NCBI RefSeq assembly: GCF_018336915.1
Contig: NZ_CP064922.1
Span: 1 to 16,615 of the forward strand
DNA length: 16,615 nt
Reading direction: 5' to 3'
Source: Acaryochloris marina S15
GTDB lineage: Bacteria; Cyanobacteriota; Cyanobacteriia; Thermosynechococcales; Thermosynechococcaceae
Shown: piece after piece, positions 7,399-13,041 of the stretch
Position numbering within the stretch: the stretch's first letter is position 1
How the letters are laid out: every line of letters begins with the position of its first letter
Program-made: the position numbers and the translations under genes
Notes under the pieces: model-generated
What the model was told of the DNA's origin: nothing
What the model saw: the letters and a program-made list of their open reading frames with translations, nothing else
Database searches by the model: none

Positions 7399-7764
7399 TT
7401 AATTGTTCTTTTGTCCTAGATTTCTCAGTTTCTTGCGTATTGCTTTGAGTTCGCTGGGAGATTTCCAGTTTTCAGGTTGTTCTAGACGATAAACATCTGT
7501 GCGGCCAGGTCGCTCATGTTTTGAAATAAATCCTCCATCATTTAAGAGGCGTAATCCTTTCTGTGCACGGCTTAATGACATTTGACAGACTTTACTAATA
7601 TTCACTTGGCTAGCGAAGCATTCTCCTTCAAAACTTCCTCCGGTACGACGAACAATATGCCCAAGTAGCCGGAATTCAAATGGATCGAGACCTGCTTCAT
7701 CCAAACGACTGTGGATGAACATCAGATCTAGCCTTTTTTTTAATGCTGTCTCATCAGAATTCAT
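7399..7764 (-). CDS. Winged-helix/HTH DNA-binding protein
   Basis: The 121-aa protein carries the pattern LDPFEFRLLGHIVRR...GECFASQVNISKVCQMSLSRAQKGLRLLNDGGFI...RPGRTDVYRL. This is typical of HTH_36-like replication or regulatory wHTH proteins, judged by eye. Confidence 0.6.
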   Translation of the reverse strand: MNSDETALKKRLDLMFIHSRLDEAGLDPFEFRLLGHIVRRTGGSFEGECFASQVNISKVCQMSLSRAQKGLRLLNDGGFISKHERPGRTDVYRLEQPENWKSPSELKAIRKKLRNLGQKNN

Positions 7765-7900
7765 AGATGGTGGCGGTTTTTAGATTTCAAGTGTAGAATT
7801 GGTAGGCACCTATATTATATCTGATATACATAAGGTATTACCTTAAAGGTATTTATTTAGCTCACGAAATTACGTGTATCGAGTAAAGGAAAAATAAGTC

Positions 7901-8089
7901 GTGGAAACCTCTAATAATCCAAAAAGCTCCACCTATCAATGGTTGATAGCTTTTCTGATCGTTGCTCTAGTTGCAATGCTATGTCTCACAATAGCCCTCA
8001 AAGGGGGAAACTTTGATCTTGCAGTTGAATTATTTGGAATAAAACTTGATGCCATAGTTCAGGTAAATAACCAATTAGCCTCCCCTTAG
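7901..8089 (+). CDS. Possible small single-TM membrane protein (62 aa)
   Basis: A GTG start has AAGGA about 11 nt upstream. The hydrophobic helix is WLIAFLIVALVAMLCLTIAL. There is no other support. Confidence 0.35.
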   Translation: METSNNPKSSTYQWLIAFLIVALVAMLCLTIALKGGNFDLAVELFGIKLDAIVQVNNQLASP

Positions 8090-8235
8090 TGCATCAAACT
8101 CTCTTGAGGCTTACAAAGAAGTGAAGTTACGCCTTGAACGATCAGGATACTATCCTGGTGCTATCGTGATTATTCTTATATTGGCTAAAAATTACTGAAG
8201 TTATTAAGCCATTAGAAAATTTTCGGCTTTGTATC

Positions 8236-8856
8236 TTATAGATCTAGGGCTTTGAGATACTTTTTTACAGTGTTGTAAGCTAAACCTGACTCTCGACTTA
8301 TTTTTCCTTTGGAATAACCTTTTTTTCGCATTTTTATAAGCTTTGGTTTGTACTGCTCAAATTTACTAGGTCTTCCTAACTTCTTACCCTGAGTTTTTAC
8401 CCTTGCTAGTCCGGCCTTAGTGCGCTCGGAAATTTTCACGGCTTCCTGTTGAGCTAGGTAAGATAAGACGGCAATCAATATATGAGCAACTAATTCGTTA
8501 TCCGTATCTAGTAAGGGTTCAGTGAGACTTTTGAACCGGACACTTAGCTGGTTAAGTTGCTGGAGGTAATAAATGGTTTTCTGAATGCCTTCACGAGTGA
8601 AACGGTCTAGCGACCAAAATAGTACCAAATCAAACTTTCGTCTAGCAGCATCGTCAAATAACCTGCTAAATTCACCACGTTCTCGCCTACCCTTCCGGCC
8701 AGATTCATAATCTAGATAGATATCATAAATATCCCAGCTCTGTCGATCACAAAATTCTTGTAACTGTAATAACTGATTATCAGTTTCTTGTCCCTTGTTC
8801 GCTGTAGAGACACGTAAGTAAATTGCAACTTGAATTTTGTGATTGCGTTTAGACAT
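8236..8856 (-). CDS. Serine recombinase (resolvase/invertase family)
   Basis: It has VAIYLRVSTANKGQETDNQ (catalytic Ser region), SLDRFTREG, ERTKAGLARVKTQGKKLGRP, and a C-terminal HTH (YSKGKISRESGLAYNTVKKYL). Confidence 0.9.
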   Translation of the reverse strand: MSKRNHKIQVAIYLRVSTANKGQETDNQLLQLQEFCDRQSWDIYDIYLDYESGRKGRRERGEFSRLFDDAARRKFDLVLFWSLDRFTREGIQKTIYYLQQLNQLSVRFKSLTEPLLDTDNELVAHILIAVLSYLAQQEAVKISERTKAGLARVKTQGKKLGRPSKFEQYKPKLIKMRKKGYSKGKISRESGLAYNTVKKYLKALDL

Positions 8857-8867
8857 GCCCAGACCAT

Positions 8868-8975
8868 ATCAAAAAAGGGTCCTTTTTTGATGGGTGTTAG
8901 CAACGTGTCTAAATTACGAATTTATAGGGGTTTGACTGTTCTAGAATTCGCACCCCTTTTTTGATAGGTGTTGGC
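8868..8975. promoter_or_regulatory. res-like recombination/operator site upstream of the serine recombinase
   Basis: The inverted repeat ATCAAAAAAGG-GT-CCTTTTTTGAT (8868-8891) has 11-bp arms and a 2-nt centre. The 21-bp direct repeat CCTTTTTTGATGGGTGTTAGC (8881-8901) matches CCTTTTTTGATAGGTGTTGGC (8955-8975) at 19/21 positions. Confidence 0.55.
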
Positions 8976-8976
8976 T

Positions 8977-9276
8977 TCAATTTTTGTGGTCTAATCGGTA
9001 ACCAAGAGCATGCATGATGGCATTGACACACTCGAATTTCGGATTACCTTGCTCCGAAAGAGCTTTTTGCAAACCCTTTCTCTTCATCCCGGCAGCAACT
9101 GCAGTTTCTGTGCTACCCCGTGCGCATGCTACGGTACGGAGAGAAGCTAGAAGCGCTCCGATATTTTCATCTTTGGCATATTCCTCAAAGATGACAGAAA
9201 TGTATTCCTCGATTTCCTCGGGATGCTGGCGAAAATAATCGTTCTCGATCTGATCAAGAGTCCTAAGTTTATGCAT
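8977..9276 (-). CDS. Addiction-module antidote protein (HigA-like HTH antitoxin)
   Basis: The 99-aa protein shows the pattern ...IGALLASLRTVACARG...GMKRKGLQKALSEQGNPKFECVNAIMHALGYRL. This is typical of the antidote partner of RelE/ParE-superfamily killer proteins, by recollection. Confidence 0.75.
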   Translation of the reverse strand: MHKLRTLDQIENDYFRQHPEEIEEYISVIFEEYAKDENIGALLASLRTVACARGSTETAVAAGMKRKGLQKALSEQGNPKFECVNAIMHALGYRLDHKN

Positions 9277-9518
9277 TATCTAGATAATCTCTCCAGTAAT
9301 TCCTCGTTTTTTTGATGTCTTGGGTCTGAGTGCTCTTATCTCACAAAGAATGATCGCAATTGTGCTTCTGTCCTCCCCGAAATAAACTCTGTATCAAGTA
9401 GGACCAGCAGGGGCATCTGAACAGAAAGTTACGGTTTTGAATTTTTAGGAATTCTCGCACTGATCTTCTTGGGATTAAGGCTTGATCCTGCCTGGTCTGC
9501 TTCAATTTCTGTATCCAC
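9269..9518 (-). pseudogene. Decayed addiction-module killer (RelE/ParE-superfamily) gene
   Basis: The - strand translation yields family-like pieces in three different frames. The first is VDTEIEADQAGSSLNPKKISARI.. followed by a stop. The second is ..GPT*YRVYFGEDRSTIAIILC, with an in-frame TGA at 9394-9396. The third is DKSTQTQDIKKTRNYWRDYLDNA*. The ancestral stop TAA (9269-9271) overlaps the antidote ATG (9274-9276), as in intact pairs. Confidence 0.7.
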
Positions 9519-9761
9519 TATTAAGTAAGGGTTTTAGCGATTCTGGGCTTCATCGCTAAAAAAAGATAGCTTGAGAAGGTTTACTGAGCTTTGAGTTTTA
9601 GGTGAGTTTTCTTGTGCTGATCGTGGCCATAATCTGACCAAATGCGGAGTGTCAAAAAAACGAGGGTTTTCTGATCGAACAAACGTACTACAGGTGAACT
9701 ATTTATAGGACATGGGTTTCAGGTGAAACCGTAGGTTTTTGTTCAAATGCGCACGCTGGTC

Positions 9762-9939
9762 CAACTCATTCGCTCGATAGGCCGTATTAATCCCCCAGTG
9801 TAAACAGACACAGATTCCGAGGACTACCCGACAACAGCTGCTTAATCCCCGAGATTGCTTTCTTCGTCCGAATCGGCTCCACTTTAATCGAAGATCCCAA
9901 CTTCGGATGGCTTGGCTTGGATCCCTTCGGCAATGGCAT
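9762..9939 (-). pseudogene. N-terminal fragment of a tyrosine recombinase/integrase, frameshifted and truncated
   Basis: The - strand reads MPLPKGSKPSHPKLGSSIKVEPIRTKKAISGIKQLLSGSPRNLCLFTLG. A run of 5 C (9792-9796, G on the - strand) then shifts the frame. With one base fewer it continues INTAYRANEL, the ..PRN..LF.LGINT..R..EL pattern of integrase N-terminal/core-binding regions. No catalytic domain follows. Confidence 0.5.
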
Positions 9940-10053
9940 AACCCACCTAAAAAGTAATTAAGTTATCTTCCTTATCAACCTATAACTTAATCACCTTATT
10001 TTCCCTTCTCACCCAGACAAAGCCCCAACCCACCACTCCATCTTCATCCCATC

Positions 10054-10108
10054 CCCCTACTCTCTATGATTAACTATTGGCTCAATAGTTAATCATAGAG
10101 AGTAGGGG
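10054..10108. repeat. 55-bp perfect palindrome (26-bp arms, 3-nt loop)
   Basis: The left arm is CCCCTACTCTCTATGATTAACTATTG (10054-10079), the loop is gct, and the right arm is CAATAGTTAATCATAGAGAGTAGGGG (10083-10108). I checked base by base and found no mismatch. Confidence 0.9.
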
Positions 10109-10122
10109 TAAGACCTATCCGG

Positions 10123-10286
10123 ATATTGCTAGGTGGTGAGGTGAGATTATCTCATACCCTCTTGGAAGTCCCCTTGGAATCAGTACTTCGGGGAAAATAT
10201 ATAAGATCACACAGAAATCTGAAAGTCTCTGATGTTGAAGCATTTTAGCAAGGGGGATGAAATAATCTCCCACCACCATATTGCTA
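10123..10286. mobile_element. 146-bp MITE-like element (10132-10277) flanked by a 9-bp direct duplication
   Basis: ATATTGCTA occurs at 10123-10131 and 10278-10286. Immediately inside are imperfect terminal inverted repeats. The left one is GGTGGTGAGGTGAGATTATCTC (10132-10153). The reverse complement of 10259-10277 is GGTGGTGGGAGATTATTTC. There is no credible ORF inside. Confidence 0.6.
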
Positions 10287-10496
10287 TAGATGATAGGAAA
10301 GATCACTTTTGCAGGAAAGTCAAAAAGATTATTGATAAAGTAAATGCAATAAAAACCTAAAATGTATAAAGTAAAATCATTCTAGTGCTATTTGTATTTG
10401 AATGTACCCTAAATCATCAAAGATGCTGCGGAGCTACTATTTTGTGCGTCTTCATCTAATCCAAGACTTGTTTTATTGATAGTTTATAAATAAAAA

Positions 10497-12542
10497 TTAC
10501 TGGGTCAGTTCATTCCCATCTACATCAACCTGATGAATAATTTGGGAAGAGTGAATTCGCCATTTCTTGTAGTACTCGGAAACATCATTACGATGGATTT
10601 TTCTAGGTTCGACTACACATCCAATTGCTCTATCTTTTATGAAATCAAAATCACCACTCAATAGATCTGTAAAAAAGGATAAGGCTGCCTGAGTGGCCAT
10701 CCCAGTAATTCCGCCAATCCAAATAACATTGTTATCCAGATTAAAAATACTCTTTGAAATTATTACAAACCCTGCATGTGGATGATCATTTGAATGTGAG
10801 CCAAAGTAAGTTTTATTATTAGAACCTCCCGCAACTACTGGCTCAGTACATCTGCCATCAGGCGTCATAGAAAATTTTAACGGTTCAATGACATGATTCA
10901 ACAGAGCTGCATAAAGATTGATAGTTCCAGATCCAACAACAATAACATTTCGATCCGTGACTAAGTCAGCAGTATCTTGCCATTCATCAATTCCTACTTT
11001 TAGATCTAGTTTATTGATCTTTGATAATGCTTCTATTAAACCAACCGTATCACTAGTTGCAGCACTCGTAAGCAGGCCTCCTCTATCTCTATTTGTCTCT
11101 CCTAAAATAACTGCCCATTTACTCCTTACGCCTGACATACATTCTTGCAAATCTTTTAGTGTTATGTCAGGCCGTAGATATCCCCAGTTTAAGAAGCATA
11201 ATGCAGGTATGGCATCTTTTTGGTTTAGCGTAAAATGTCTAGCTAACTTTTCTTCTTGAGGGTTTAAAGCACGGTGTTCAAGAATATAACGGTCTGATTC
11301 TTTGGTTGGACGAAACAACCTTTCTATAAGTACTAGTTTGCTATAAACAGAGTTTGATACTGCAATGCGACCAGTGGGACACTCTTTTTGCAATTCAAGT
11401 GCAGTTCGTAATCCCTCAGATCCCCCTACTTGTCTCTGATCATTAGGAATATCGCTTAATTGCGTATCTTCACTGTTAAGTGCAATGCCAATACGCACAA
11501 ACAATGGCGTATTTCTAAGCACTTCGTTTTTTATATTTAGATGCTGCAGATGTTCCAGAAATCTTAACGAAGCAAAAGCAGCTTCCTGTGGATCATCATA
11601 TAAATATATTCTACAGTTACCTTCGCATAGCCATTCATGACCACCAAAGTTTTTACAAAATATTTTCTCTGAAATCTCTGCGAAATCTCTCATAAATGCT
11701 TGATATGAGACATCTGCATTCACTAGGGTTCGAAGCTGTTCAATATGGGAAATATCCATATTTACAATTGTCTCCGGCACTGACCTCATCAACTGCTCTC
11801 CCAGTTGTAAATTAGCTGTAGCAATCTTGAGTCGATATCCTAAATCTTCCATCACAAATATTTGTGGTGTCATTTCAGGAAATTTTTCTCTTGCTTTGTT
11901 ACTAACATAATGATGCAAATCGCCAGTAGTAATTACATTATCAGCATCTATATCTGCTTCACCTGTGCGAATACCCTCCACCAAATGATGAGTATAAATC
12001 GACAACCGTTCTCCAGTTTCATGAAATGAATATTCTGTTGAGCTTGATGATGTCAGTACTACTCGACCCTCTGCTATCAGTTCTCTTTCTATATCCAATT
12101 TCCCATCATCAAGAAATCTTCTATTACCAAATGCTCCACTAAAACAGCAATCTAAAATTATCACCTGCTTTTTGGCCTTACAGGAATTCAGCCAATCATT
12201 CACAGATTGAGCAGCCAGTGCTGTTGAGGTTAATAACTTATTGCCTTCCTTTTGGCTTGTCTTTGCAGCAAAATAGAGCTGTAGTTGGAAATCTTTTACA
12301 CCATGCCCAGTTATGTAGAGTAAGACAAAATCATCTTTCTGGCGACGTCTTAGCCAAGTTTCAATTTCCTCTCCCATCTCCCCATGAGTAGGGTCTTCCA
12401 ACAAGTCTACCTCTTCAAAATTACCCATCGCTGGGTTGAGTAATACTTCTTGAAGTTCTCTGAGATTATTGTGAGGAAATCTTCCGAGATGTTTGAATGA
12501 TGTGTAATCTGCTGTACCAATCAATAAAGCAACTCGTGCCAT
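10497..12542 (-). CDS. Caspase-like (peptidase C14, orthocaspase-type) protease fused to a divergent cyclase-homology-like domain and a Gly-loop Rossmannoid C-terminal domain
   Basis: The first ~245 aa show the caspase pattern ALLIGTADY..., YITGHG (His80) and VIILDCCFSGAF (Cys133, codon 12144-12146). Residues ~255-440 thread by eye onto class III nucleotidyl cyclases (VNMDIS.., FGGHEWLCEGNCRIYLY, LFVRIGIALN, GGSEGLRTALELQKECPTGRIAVSNSVYSKL). Residues ~470-681 have beta-strand/Gly-loop units AVILGE, NVIVVGSGTINLYAALL and VIWIGGITGMATQAALSFF. The protease call is confident; the other two domains are hypotheses. Confidence 0.8.
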   Translation of the reverse strand: MARVALLIGTADYTSFKHLGRFPHNNLRELQEVLLNPAMGNFEEVDLLEDPTHGEMGEEIETWLRRRQKDDFVLLYITGHGVKDFQLQLYFAAKTSQKEGNKLLTSTALAAQSVNDWLNSCKAKKQVIILDCCFSGAFGNRRFLDDGKLDIERELIAEGRVVLTSSSSTEYSFHETGERLSIYTHHLVEGIRTGEADIDADNVITTGDLHHYVSNKAREKFPEMTPQIFVMEDLGYRLKIATANLQLGEQLMRSVPETIVNMDISHIEQLRTLVNADVSYQAFMRDFAEISEKIFCKNFGGHEWLCEGNCRIYLYDDPQEAAFASLRFLEHLQHLNIKNEVLRNTPLFVRIGIALNSEDTQLSDIPNDQRQVGGSEGLRTALELQKECPTGRIAVSNSVYSKLVLIERLFRPTKESDRYILEHRALNPQEEKLARHFTLNQKDAIPALCFLNWGYLRPDITLKDLQECMSGVRSKWAVILGETNRDRGGLLTSAATSDTVGLIEALSKINKLDLKVGIDEWQDTADLVTDRNVIVVGSGTINLYAALLNHVIEPLKFSMTPDGRCTEPVVAGGSNNKTYFGSHSNDHPHAGFVIISKSIFNLDNNVIWIGGITGMATQAALSFFTDLLSGDFDFIKDRAIGCVVEPRKIHRNDVSEYYKKWRIHSSQIIHQVDVDGNELTQ

Positions 12543-12946
12543 TAGCTCAATTGCCCCTTCGCAATCACCTTTACCTTTATTTTCTGAATATCAGCAATTC
12601 GTTCCAAGGCAGCGACTTGAGCATCTAATTCCTGATTAGTTTTGTACTTTAACTTAACTGTACGACCTGCTTCCTCATATTCTAGTTCTAGAAGATGGGC
12701 AGAAAATATATTCAAAAGCCAATCTAAGACCTTTTTGAAATTTGCAAATTTAATTTCTGCTTGTAGAAAACCCAGGTCAAATCTCCCATCTACAGACAAA
12801 GCACCCCGCGGTATTTGATCAGCACGAACCAGTGATGCTCCATCTGAGATTTCTCCCAATTCATCGACAAGCCTTAGACTGTATGCCTCTAAATGTTTCG
12901 ACTCCAACTCCAGATCAGACTGATTAATATCGATTAGAACTTGCAT
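12542..12946 (-). CDS. Small partner protein (134 aa) translationally coupled to the caspase fusion; possibly EACC1-like (unverified)
   Basis: Its stop TAA (12542-12544) shares one base with the caspase ATG (12540-12542). The overall pattern MQVLIDI..ELE..L...L..L.DEL.....LVR....P.GA.S......L....F..VLDWL....LELE...GRTVKL resembles, from memory only, the effector-associated constant component proteins described next to caspase/trypsin effectors. Confidence 0.7.
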   Translation of the reverse strand: MQVLIDINQSDLELESKHLEAYSLRLVDELGEISDGASLVRADQIPRGALSVDGRFDLGFLQAEIKFANFKKVLDWLLNIFSAHLLELEYEEAGRTVKLKYKTNQELDAQVAALERIADIQKIKVKVIAKGQLS

Positions 12947-13041
12947 GCGAGTGCTACTTACAAGGCTGGTACATCCCCCAGTCTAGTAGATATCAATGCT
13001 CCCAATATATGCTCAAAGGTAGCGAGGGAGTATAACAGTCC

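Noticed and set aside
8712-9238. ORFs 8712..8903(-) and 9014..9238(+)
   Set aside because: The first is an out-of-frame overlap of the recombinase start region and the res-like site. The second is antisense to the antidote gene.
9715-9740. Hairpin GGTTTC-aggt-GAAACC followed by a T-run (possible + strand terminator)
   Set aside because: The stem is short (6 bp), the T-run is displaced by 5 nt, and there is no upstream + strand gene. It lies inside degraded integrase-flanking DNA.
10115-10306. 63-aa ORF on the - strand from the ORF track
   Set aside because: It lies entirely across the MITE-like element and its target duplication. It has no RBS or family signal, so it is most likely a chance ORF.
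10918-11259. 113-aa + strand ORF inside the caspase fusion gene
   Set aside because: It is antisense to a well-supported CDS, and its Ser/Thr/Phe-rich composition is typical of a shadow frame.
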